NCBI GenBank assembly: GCA_012959435.1 | Contig: DUDF01000145.1 | Span: 1 to 63,912 of the forward strand | Origin: Candidatus Poseidoniales archaeon | GTDB lineage: Archaea; Thermoplasmatota; Poseidoniia; Poseidoniales; Thalassarchaeaceae | Length of the DNA: 63,912 nucleotides | Direction: 5' to 3' | Shown: positions 28,685 through 38,268 of the stretch, one piece after another | How positions within the stretch are numbered: position 1 is the first letter of the stretch | Layout: each line of letters starts with the position of its first letter | Notes under the pieces: model-generated | What the model was told of the DNA's origin: nothing | Database searches by the model: none | What the model saw: only the letters and a program-made list of their open reading frames with translations | Position numbers and translations under genes: made by a program

Positions 28685-29344
28685 TTATTCACCGCCTAGA
28701 TTGCTACCAATTAATCTGTACATTGCTTCAGGGAGACCCTCTTGCTGGTAATGTGCCCCCATATTCCAAATCACATGGCCACTTGGATCAAGGATAACTG
28801 CAAACGGAGTGGAACCCACCTCCCAATCACTCTGTTCAGTATCTGAACGGGTGTCCACATAAATCCACGGGTGGACCTCTCCCGGACGATCTTGGCAATT
28901 AGAGTCACTATTACAACCTACATAGTTACCTTTCTCTTGAAAACCTGCAATTTCTTCCTTACTGCTAACCCAACCAGGATTACCTAATGATATAGCTACT
29001 GAGACGAAATCAACATATTCACTGTAATCATTATACAGGCCACTCATCTCTTCACCTTCTGACCAACAATGCCCACAATCTGTATCAATGAATTGAATAA
29101 GGAAATATTTCCCACTCATTCCAGATTCCCAATCCCTGTCAATGTGATCATATAACACATAGTCATCTCCCCAAGAACCACCCGGCATATGTGCTGGTGC
29201 AGTGATGTTGGGGGCGAGGAAACCTTCCTCTGGTCCTATTTCTACTGGCACGGAATTGATAACCATCAATCCTGCCATTAATGTCAATGCAGCGAAAATT
29301 CCGAATAACGCTGTTATTCTTGCATCTCCATCCTCATCTGTCAT
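28685..29344 (-). CDS. Membrane-anchored thioredoxin/redoxin-fold protein
   Basis: N-terminal TM, FIDTDCGHC, and STPFAVILDP cis-Pro region. Confidence 0.8.
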   Translation of the reverse strand: MTDEDGDARITALFGIFAALTLMAGLMVINSVPVEIGPEEGFLAPNITAPAHMPGGSWGDDYVLYDHIDRDWESGMSGKYFLIQFIDTDCGHCWSEGEEMSGLYNDYSEYVDFVSVAISLGNPGWVSSKEEIAGFQEKGNYVGCNSDSNCQDRPGEVHPWIYVDTRSDTEQSDWEVGSTPFAVILDPSGHVIWNMGAHYQQEGLPEAMYRLIGSNLGGE

Positions 29345-29366
29345 CAGATTCCTATTACGTCTTACT

Positions 29367-30314
29367 TTATTCATCATCTATTCCAATCTCCTTCATGAGA
29401 GTTTGAGCAGTGTATCTCACCGCCCCCTCTGAATCATATTTAGTGTCAAAACCAGCTGCTCGCATACGAGTGGGGTCTAGCATTGCCTTTGGGACATCTC
29501 CAGCCCAGCCACGGTCTCCTCCGGTGTATTCAATTGAAACCCCAGATAAACCAGATTCTTCAATCACAATTTCTGCAATTCTCGTAACGCTGCAAGTGTC
29601 GTCGCTTCCTAAGTTGTAGTAATTTATTGCATCATTAGTATTGGTTACTAGGTGAATCATTGCACTTGCGCAATCTCGTACTTCCATGTACGATTTTGCC
29701 TGTCTACCATTCCCAAGCACTTCCAATCGGTTAGGGTCTGCACGTAATTTGTGAATGAAATCAAAGATTACACCATGTGTACCACGGGCGCCGACAATAT
29801 TTGCGAATCTGAAAAGCCAGGCTTGAAGCCCAAAGGTCCCAACCCATGATGTGATGAGTGCCTCAGACCCAAGTTTACTCGCACCATAAAGGGAAATCGG
29901 GAAGAGTGGCCCATAATCTTCTGGTGTGGGCATCACATCTGCTTCCCCATAAACTACTGAAGAAGATGAAAATGCTATTTTCTTTACACCACAAACCCTC
30001 ATTGCTTCAAGCACATTGTAGGTAGCAACTGTACCTTGGTTTAGGTCGGTATCAGTGATTGTAGTGCCAAGACGTATGTCGGGGTTAGCAGCAAGATGGA
30101 AAACGATGTCAATACCATCCATTGCAGATTTCACTGCGTCTAAATCCAACAAGTCCCCTTCAATGACGGTTACATTATCACCATGGTGGGATAGGAATTC
30201 TCGGCGCCCGGATGAGAAGTTATCGTAAATGCTGACGCTGTGACCTGATTGTAGAAGCAAATCGACTAGATGAGAGCCAACAAAACCCGCACCTCCGGTA
30301 ACTAAGCAGTGCAT
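29367..30314 (-). CDS. NAD-dependent epimerase/dehydratase (UDP-glucose 4-epimerase-like)
   Basis: TGGAGFVGSH, FHLAANP, YGASK and GGDRGWAGD motifs. Confidence 0.93.
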   Translation of the reverse strand: MHCLVTGGAGFVGSHLVDLLLQSGHSVSIYDNFSSGRREFLSHHGDNVTVIEGDLLDLDAVKSAMDGIDIVFHLAANPDIRLGTTITDTDLNQGTVATYNVLEAMRVCGVKKIAFSSSSVVYGEADVMPTPEDYGPLFPISLYGASKLGSEALITSWVGTFGLQAWLFRFANIVGARGTHGVIFDFIHKLRADPNRLEVLGNGRQAKSYMEVRDCASAMIHLVTNTNDAINYYNLGSDDTCSVTRIAEIVIEESGLSGVSIEYTGGDRGWAGDVPKAMLDPTRMRAAGFDTKYDSEGAVRYTAQTLMKEIGIDDE

Positions 30315-30413
30315 GATGGAGTGGCCGACATAGCAACCCGTCTTGACTATTGCGTGCCTCTGTAAAACCAGTTTTATCGTAATTCATGAATTTAATGCGG
30401 GGGTTGAGAACTG

Positions 30414-30460
30414 TTCACTTTCAGTATTTTTCCCTCTGGGAACATCTATCTTCACTTTCA
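30414..30460 (+). promoter_or_regulatory. Paired TTCACTTTCA boxes (30414-30423, 30451-30460)
   Basis: Two copies 37 bp apart upstream of the 88-aa gene; TATA-like ATAATA near 30482. Confidence 0.68.
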
Positions 30461-30574
30461 TTATTTAGCCACCCCTCAACGATAATATGGTGGACCTTCG
30501 CTTCTCAGTGCTAATTCTCGGCACCGAATCCGAATTCGTAAAACTATGAAGAAAAGTGTCAAGGAGTTGAAAAA

Positions 30575-30841
30575 ATGAGTAAAAATACTAAACAAGTAGC
30601 CCAGAATGAGAACGAAGATAATGATGAACCACAGACACTGTTGGTTGGATATGTTAGAAAGAGCAACGCTGGTGGCGCCCTGAAGGTGTCCATCAACAGC
30701 AGTGCCTTTTCGGACTGCTCAACTTACAGCACTTCAGACGGACAACAATATGTCTCCCTGATCATTAATTTGAATGCCCTACGCAGAGTGTTGGATGGCG
30801 AGCGAGCTGTTACCACAGTGAGTCAATTCATTGAACAGTAA
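30575..30841 (+). CDS. Hypothetical protein (88 aa)
   Basis: SD AAGGAG; compact beta-rich sequence LVGYVRKSNAGGALKVSIN...; no family recognised. Confidence 0.78.
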   Translation: MSKNTKQVAQNENEDNDEPQTLLVGYVRKSNAGGALKVSINSSAFSDCSTYSTSDGQQYVSLIINLNALRRVLDGERAVTTVSQFIEQ

Positions 30842-30911
30842 TCATCAAAATGATGTGTCAAATCTTAAACTCTGACCAAATCAGTAGTTTTAGAACCAAG
30901 TAAATGCCCTC

Positions 30912-30952
30912 GTGTCGGGGTGACTGCAGAGATCACCTCGGCACTCTATTTT
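30912..30952 (+). terminator. Stem-loop downstream of the 88-aa gene
   Basis: GTGTCGGGGTGA-loop-TCACCTCGGCAC (12 bp with G-U pairs), followed by a T-rich tract. Confidence 0.5.
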
Positions 30953-31015
30953 CTATATTTAAATGATAATTACGGCTAAACGGCTAAATACGGCGCGGTG
31001 AGCGGATATAATAAG

Positions 31016-31963
31016 ATGGAAGAATCTACCGTCCGAGGGCCCATAATTGTGGGGATGCCTCTGTATAACGAAGAGGAAACGGTTGGTAGTGTAGTCCTCC
31101 AATGCCTCTCACATGCAGATGAGGTGCTATGCGTTGACGATGGTTCATCAGATTCCTCAGCACGTATAGCCCACAATGTTGGTGCAACTGTCAAGCATCA
31201 CCGAGCGAACAAAGGTTATGGCGCTGCCCTAAAGTCAATCTTTCAGTATGCATTAGAAAAAAATGCGTACGCATTAGTAATTCTAGACAGCGATGGACAA
31301 CATGAGCCAAATGATATTCCTGTACTCTTAGAACCTATTCTTTCAGAAGAGGCAGATTTCGTCATCGGCTCAAGATTTATTGAAGGCGGCTTAGGAGATG
31401 ATATGCCAACCTATAGAAAGTTAGGTGTCAAGGTGATTACTGCTGCTTCCAATCTCACTAGTGACCTATCCATCAGAGACACTCAAAGTGGGTTTAGAGC
31501 ATTTTCAAACACTGCATTGAAACGAATTAAATTTGACCATAATGGTATGGAATCAACACTAGAGATGCTTGAACAATGCAATGATTATGGTTTGTCAGTA
31601 AAAGAAGTTCCAACAATTATTCGCTATGATGTACCTAAGGGCTCTAGATTCACAGCAATGAGTCATGGATTCACCGTGCTATCTTACGCATTAATTTCAC
31701 TCTCTCAGAAGAAACCATTCCTAGCATTTGGCTTACCTGGTGCAGGCCTAGTCACCTTAGGGTCAGCAATCGGTATGAGAGCACTCAACCGAGTCAATGA
31801 TTTCACTGGTGGGACAATTGACCTAAACCTAACAGTGGGGCCAGGGTTAACGGCGGCTTGGATTTCAATGCTCGGAATTAGCCTGATATTTACGGGATTA
31901 GTTCTGCAAGGAACTCGCGCCATTATGAAACGGTTAATTGTTCGGAACTTCGGATTGGATTAA
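31016..31963 (+). CDS. Glycosyltransferase family 2 (dolichol-phosphate mannosyltransferase-like) with C-terminal TMs
   Basis: MPLYNEE, VDDGSSD, LDSDGQH, GSRF and DTQSGFRAF motifs. Confidence 0.92.
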   Translation: MEESTVRGPIIVGMPLYNEEETVGSVVLQCLSHADEVLCVDDGSSDSSARIAHNVGATVKHHRANKGYGAALKSIFQYALEKNAYALVILDSDGQHEPNDIPVLLEPILSEEADFVIGSRFIEGGLGDDMPTYRKLGVKVITAASNLTSDLSIRDTQSGFRAFSNTALKRIKFDHNGMESTLEMLEQCNDYGLSVKEVPTIIRYDVPKGSRFTAMSHGFTVLSYALISLSQKKPFLAFGLPGAGLVTLGSAIGMRALNRVNDFTGGTIDLNLTVGPGLTAAWISMLGISLIFTGLVLQGTRAIMKRLIVRNFGLD

Positions 31964-32037
31964 GCCAACCACTAACTAGCCCTCAATATCATATTGAGGC
32001 GAACTATTGATGATGGTCAAGGCAGCACGAAGGCACA

Positions 32038-35000
32038 ATGGCAGAGGAGGAAGCGAGGTCGAGTGGCGACTTTGACATCCGCGGGAAACTCTCATCCTTG
32101 AAACAACACCCGATTTTCACCACCTACATGAATATCAGTGACAAGTTTCGTGACCAAGCAACACTGGTTGGTGACTGGACTCATACATTTATTGATGGCC
32201 AGACAAGACGATTCTATAGGACTGTTTTCCGATCACCAGGACCAATTGTTATCGTAATGATTCTACTTACCTTACTCGTAGGTAAGGATGCCATGAATTT
32301 TGGCCAACAAATTAATGGCGATGTCGAAATATACCTTCCCGATGGAGCTGATTCCACCGAATTGCTACTTGATGTCCGAGAACAATGGTCAACTGATATT
32401 GTATTGCTGTATATTCATACTGATAATGCCATAGATGATGAATCTATACGTGGAAGTGAAAATATAACAGACGTCGCTATTCTTCAACAGATAAGTTTCC
32501 TTGAAGGTGATGATGATAATAAAGAAATGGGGCGATATGCTAGAGGAATTGATTGGAATAAAGAAGATAGAGGGACTGAAGACGGAGTAGTATGGATACT
32601 CAGTGCTTCACAACTCATCAAGGAAGGGAACTCTGCACCAAGTCGATTTACTTGTGCAGTAGAAAAATATGGTATTCCAATCTTAACCGCATCTGAGTGC
32701 CAAATCACCGGTCAAGACCCACGCGACACTTACGTTATTCCTAACAACCAAGACCAAGTTAACAATACTGTTGAAAATCTAGGAAAGGCACTAGAAAACT
32801 TGGTTATTGACACGAATGGAGACGGCGTATGGGATACTGCGGTAGTAGTCATGGGTATCCGATTTGAAATGGATGGAACAGATGTTGACCCGCGAACAGA
32901 CCCTGAAGGTAATGAGATTCTTGACCATAAAGCATTCATCCAGCATGTTAAATCAGTAATTAGTGACTGCGCCGGGAATCCTGATATTAACAATCAATTT
33001 GATGACCCACTTTGCGGCCGTGATTATGGTGGTGTAAAACTCTCAAGTATGAATGAAGAAAGATGGGAAGAAATCCCTACTCGCCAAGCAGTGACTGTCA
33101 CAGGACTTACACCTGTGCTTCACGATGTATCTGATGCAATTTATCTCGCCCTAGAAGATATGTTGCCCATTAGTCTAGCATTGGTGTGTTTAGTAATGAT
33201 TGCACTACACCGAAACCCCAAGGTGATTATCATCTGTGGGACACCAATTATCCTTTCATTGGCGGTGACTTTTGGAACAACTGTAATTCTAGATATCATG
33301 CTCACTCCAATGATAATTGCCGCTGGCCCGATATTAATTGGATTGGGGGTTGACTACGCCCTTCACCTAATCAACAGGATTGAAGAAACTAGAAACAAAT
33401 TGCTAGAAGAAAATGCTGAAGCCGTTGCTCAAGCTAGAAGAGATGGTGAAGTTGCCGAAGAACTCGATCCTTGGGATAAAAAACTGTACTTGGACGCAAC
33501 AGTACATTCGATGATGACAACAGGTCATGCAGTTCTACTCTCGGCAATAACCACAATAATTGGATTCAGCGTTCTAGCGTGGGCATGGTTAGTGCCAATC
33601 CAGCCGATGAGAACTGTCGGCATCACCCTCGTTCTTGGTATCACCTGCACCTTCTTTTTCAGTATCATTTTGGTTCCTGCTTTAGGTTGGCTTGTACGCT
33701 ATAGAAAGACAGGTGGGAAGAAAGCAGAGAAAGTTTGGGAAAAGATTGGAGAGGTGCCGGTAAGAGGTGCTTTTTTTGTAATAATAGTGGCAATTATAGT
33801 CAGCGGTTTAGGTGCTTTTATCCTAGGAGAAGAATTGGGCAAGGACATTACTGGTTCAAGTGATGAAGTACCACCCGGTCTGGAATCCTACGAAGCATTG
33901 GCTGAGTATTCGAGGGTGTTTGAAGGTGGACAAACTAACATGTTCATCATCGATGCAAAAGACCGCGGCGTGATTAATGACATCGCCCCAATTCGACATT
34001 TAGAAGTTTTAGATTCAATAGAATATATGCAAGAAGAGAAAATTAATCACGTAGAAAATACCACTTCTATCAGCCTTGTCACAATTCTCAAAGCAGTTCA
34101 CATAAATGTGAATCTTTCGGGCCAACAGATGTATGACCGCTCATTATGGGAAATATTACACTCACCTTGCTGGGATGACCCTGCCCAATTAGAATGCATA
34201 ATCACTGGTGATATTGTTATCACCTCGGCAACATCAAGAGAGACCATGATAAACATCGCATTTGACACCCTTTCTTACGAAATACGTTCAATGTTAATGA
34301 ATGAGCCATTAGCTAATTTGGGGGAAACAAAAACATTAGTGTATGTCAATCAACCATACATTTCACTCGGTATTGCTGGAGAACTGAGGGACCAACTAGA
34401 CTCTTATCTTTCTGAAGGTGGGTGTGACAACGCATTATCATGTAATGCACTGGGTGTTGAAGGGGTGAAAAACTCGTTATTGACTGGTGGCCTCCCGGTT
34501 TCATTAGACATAAATAAAGGGGTACATAATGCTCAAATGGATGCAACTATTGCCACAATGGTTGTCCTATTAATCACCATGACAATTCTGTTTAGAAGTC
34601 CTAGACTTGCAATATTTACGATGACTGCTGTTGGTGTCGTAGTTCTTTGGCAACCACTTTTAATGCGAGGGGGGGATGTGAATGTGAATGTATTCACAGC
34701 GATGATTAGTACCATTGTGTTTGGAATTGGAGTAGATGATTCTATCCACGTCATGGATCGCATTAGGGAAGAAGGCGAGACACCTGGTGGTATAGTCAAA
34801 GCCGTTGCAAGGACTGGACAGACTATCTTTGAGACAACTGTGACAACCACCGCTGGATTGGCTGCTGGTCTAACATTAGCGATTCCGGGATTACGGAATT
34901 TCTTCACCCTGATGATGATTTTAATTTTCCTTGCGTTGCTAACTAGTGCAATCCTTCTCCCAGCAATGATTGTGGCTTATCGTCAAATTATTGCGTGGGT

Positions 35001-35082
35001 AAAAGGTGAAGGAAATTGGCAGGATTATGACAATGTTGCTACTCTTTCAGAGTCAACAATGGATGCGGAATTAACGGGATGA
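32038..35082 (+). CDS. MMPL/RND-family transporter
   Basis: GLGVDYALH and GIGVDDSIH motifs; two TM repeats with large extracellular loops. Confidence 0.9.
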   Translation: MAEEEARSSGDFDIRGKLSSLKQHPIFTTYMNISDKFRDQATLVGDWTHTFIDGQTRRFYRTVFRSPGPIVIVMILLTLLVGKDAMNFGQQINGDVEIYLPDGADSTELLLDVREQWSTDIVLLYIHTDNAIDDESIRGSENITDVAILQQISFLEGDDDNKEMGRYARGIDWNKEDRGTEDGVVWILSASQLIKEGNSAPSRFTCAVEKYGIPILTASECQITGQDPRDTYVIPNNQDQVNNTVENLGKALENLVIDTNGDGVWDTAVVVMGIRFEMDGTDVDPRTDPEGNEILDHKAFIQHVKSVISDCAGNPDINNQFDDPLCGRDYGGVKLSSMNEERWEEIPTRQAVTVTGLTPVLHDVSDAIYLALEDMLPISLALVCLVMIALHRNPKVIIICGTPIILSLAVTFGTTVILDIMLTPMIIAAGPILIGLGVDYALHLINRIEETRNKLLEENAEAVAQARRDGEVAEELDPWDKKLYLDATVHSMMTTGHAVLLSAITTIIGFSVLAWAWLVPIQPMRTVGITLVLGITCTFFFSIILVPALGWLVRYRKTGGKKAEKVWEKIGEVPVRGAFFVIIVAIIVSGLGAFILGEELGKDITGSSDEVPPGLESYEALAEYSRVFEGGQTNMFIIDAKDRGVINDIAPIRHLEVLDSIEYMQEEKINHVENTTSISLVTILKAVHINVNLSGQQMYDRSLWEILHSPCWDDPAQLECIITGDIVITSATSRETMINIAFDTLSYEIRSMLMNEPLANLGETKTLVYVNQPYISLGIAGELRDQLDSYLSEGGCDNALSCNALGVEGVKNSLLTGGLPVSLDINKGVHNAQMDATIATMVVLLITMTILFRSPRLAIFTMTAVGVVVLWQPLLMRGGDVNVNVFTAMISTIVFGIGVDDSIHVMDRIREEGETPGGIVKAVARTGQTIFETTVTTTAGLAAGLTLAIPGLRNFFTLMMILIFLALLTSAILLPAMIVAYRQIIAWVKGEGNWQDYDNVATLSESTMDAELTG

Positions 35083-35118
35083 CATAAAAGCGGCAAGTTA
35101 AACATCATCCGCCCACCT

Positions 35119-37769
35119 ATGGTGGGCGTGGGAGAAACCGATAGCCCTCGTGCAAGATTTTTCGCGCTGTGCCTGATAATGTTGCTAATCTTACCTTTAA
35201 CCGGGTACACAATTTCAGCTACAACTGGAAAAGCAATTACTGGTAATGAAGTGATTTCAATTGAAATACAAAGTTATGGCACTCTCGCTAATGTTCACGC
35301 ATTTGAAACGGGTGAATTCATTAATTGGAATATTACTTGGGAAGGAATTGACAATACGACAAGTAATCTGTATCAGTACGATTACACTTTTTATGCCGGT
35401 TACATCAACAATGGAACTTTGATGTTTTCAGGTAATGGGACTGGTTTCCCTACAGAAAATGGGTCGATTCCATTTTCCATCGCCGCTTTTGAAATCTGGA
35501 ATGGGTCTTACGAATACACATTGAAAGTCAAATTATGGGACCACAACCGCAGCCAAATTATAGATACCGATGAAACAAAGTTCATCATTTTTCAAACCGT
35601 AATATCCCCATCCCACTCAGATTTACTAATATTCGGAGATTCATTGAGTGATATGGGTAATTCGAAAGCAACTTACGGAACCCCAGAATCACCTCCTTAC
35701 TACGGGGGGAGATTTTCCACAGGGCCAATGTGGAATGAATATGTTGCTTTGGAAATGGGTCTTTCAATTTCACCGGGCACAGGTAGTAACCTGGGGTCAA
35801 ATCGTGCATTTGGTGGAGCTGAAGCAGGCGAAGGGTTGAACTTCTTTGTCATCCCAAACCTTGGCAAACAGATTGAACCAACAACTATTGGATTGGACCT
35901 AATGAAAAAGTAGCAGTATGGGGTGGTGGAAACAATTTCTTGAACAGCGGAGAAACAGACACACAGAAAGTAGTGAACTACCTTATTGATCACGTAAATC
36001 TTCTAGCATCTAACGGTGCTTCTGATGTAATTGTCCTAAATATGCCACCGCTTGAGAAAACCCCCACCTATTCAGGAGAAACTGACAGCGATAAACAAGC
36101 ACTCAATGCTAGAATGATTGATTTCAATGCAAAACTTGACACAGCAATGGTTGCAAGAGAAAGTGCACTTAATATTAGTATTCAAGTAATCAACATCTTT
36201 GAAATGTTTGAAACTATTTACTGGAATAGTTCATTCTATGGATTCTCTAATGTCACTCATGCGGCATGTCACCATGACGGCTTCACCTGTGACTCAAACG
36301 ACTACATTGAACCGACTGTTGATGAGTTTATTTTCTTTGATAATATTCACCCAACCGGAACTACACATTTGCTGTTGGGCATGTATGTAAATGAGCAACT
36401 TGGCACACCAGATACTGATGGTGATGGGATTGAAGATAGTTCAGATAATTGTGCCTTCACCCCAATCGGTGATGCTGTAAACCACTTTGGATGCAGATTA
36501 GTGGACCTTGATAGTGATAATGACGGAGTCAATGACTTGATTGACCAATGTCCAGGTACAACCCTTAACGCTACTGTAGATGAGAATGGTTGTTCTGATT
36601 ATCAGAAGGATACTGATGGAGATGGGGTTAATGATGCTGAAGACATCTGTGCAAATACATCTCCAATGGGAATTGGGGTTGACTCTTATGGGTGTGCTGA
36701 TTATCAAAAGGATACTGATGATGACGCTATCACAGATGATGTAGATTCTTGTCCTAACACAGACACCAACTGGAGTGTAAACATCGTAGGATGTGCAGAA
36801 AACCAGATTGATAGTGATTGGGATGGTGTGATGAATCATTTAGACTCCTGTCCTAATACTGAATCAGGGGTAGATGTAAACCAAACTGGATGTTCCCTCT
36901 CTCAAATTGATAGCGATTCTGATGGAGTGAATGATTTAATTGATCAATGTCCTGATACCCCCACAGGAACAACTGTTGATGAATCAGGTTGCGCACTTTC
37001 TCAATTAGACAGCGATTTTGATGGAGTAAATGATTTGATAGATATCTGTGACCTAACGCCAAATGATGAAATAGCAAATTTAGAAGGTTGCTCCCCTAGT
37101 CAACGAGATAGCGATAATGATGGACGAAACGATGCACTTGATGACTGCCCATTTTCATTTGGTTCAATCAGAGGTTGCCCAAGCATGTCAATTGGTATTG
37201 AAGTGATACACTGGCCTAACAGTCATGATGACTCGGCAATAATTCGGGTTAACTTCAGTTGCGAAAAGAATTGCATTTTCAGAACGATTATTCTTTCTGA
37301 AAATTTGGAAAACCAAAGTGAGAGGGTGTTTGACCTTACCATTGAACCACATGAAGGAGAATTTGAAGCAGTACTTCGGATTGAACATCTCTCTTCATGG
37401 GCAGAGAAACGAGTTACTTTCTACTGGCCTGCAGCCCCCGTTGACGTTGAAGATTCTGGGACTCAAATTGATGAAAACACTTCATCTGACCAATTAGATG
37501 AAGGGGATGAAAATACTATTGAAACCGAATCGTGGAAATCATCTCAAACTGTGAACTATCTTTTAGCGATACTAATCATTATTGGTATCACTATGACTAT
37601 TGGTTCTATTTTGAGAAATACTAGAACTAGAGGAGGAGGGTTGAATCAGCAACGAATGTGGCACGATCCATCGACCATCTCAACAAGAGAAGTTGAAAGA
37701 GAATTAAATAAAATACCTAATCACACACCTATTGATAATGATTCTGAATTAACAGATGAGTCAAAGTAA
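35119..37769 (+). pseudogene. Secreted SGNH/GDSL esterase with thrombospondin type-3 repeats, split by a frameshift near 35875-35913
   Basis: Block I FGDSLSD and block II FGGA are in the first frame. The other frame opens at 35877 and reads TNNYWIGPNEKVAVWGGGNNF (block III), FFDNIHPT (block V), DxDxDG..D..D.CP repeats and a C-terminal TM. Confidence 0.8.
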
Positions 37770-37861
37770 GCATCCATTGACATCATGGGATTACCTACTG
37801 TATGGCCTTTGTAATTAGAGACAATTAGCCCATAATTACCATTTATCTGTTAAAGAAAGGG

Positions 37862-38169
37862 TGCGAGGGAGTAGGGAGTAAGCCCCTTTTTGTTCGCCTT
37901 TCGGTTAGCTGCATTCAACTTAGCGTCCTACCCGTTCCTCTTCCATACGCGTCAACAGAACTGTTTGGACTTGCACCAGCGCGGTTGCTCGTCTCAGCCG
38001 GTAACAGACAATCTCCTCCTTTCGGATTCACAGTACTCGACTGCACCGGTTCGTTGCTTAAGCAGAGCCAGCCCTTCCGGACTCCCGAAATGAATCGGGG
38101 CACCTGCATGGTGGAGAGGGGACTTTCCTCAGTGTCGTACACTGTCAGCAGCCCTCCTACTCCCTCGCA
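37862..38169 (-). ncRNA. rnpB: RNase P RNA
   Basis: Reverse complement has GAGGAAAGTCC (CR-I) and ACAAAAAGGGGCTTAC (CR-V); P1 helix TGCGAGGGAGTAGG/CCTACTCCCTCGCA. Confidence 0.95.
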
Positions 38170-38268
38170 ACCCTAACGACCCAGCCACTCTGCTATCAAG
38201 GGAACGGATTGATAGAACTGAAATATTGGACCAATGATTAGGTCAAGACCTTCAATGGAATCGCCAAA

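Noticed and set aside
35865..35915. Programmed ribosomal frameshift in the SGNH gene
   Set aside because: No canonical slippery heptamer or stimulatory structure at the junction; an indel or assembly error is simpler.
37890..38176. Short ORFs listed in the track
   Set aside because: They overlap the RNase P RNA gene.
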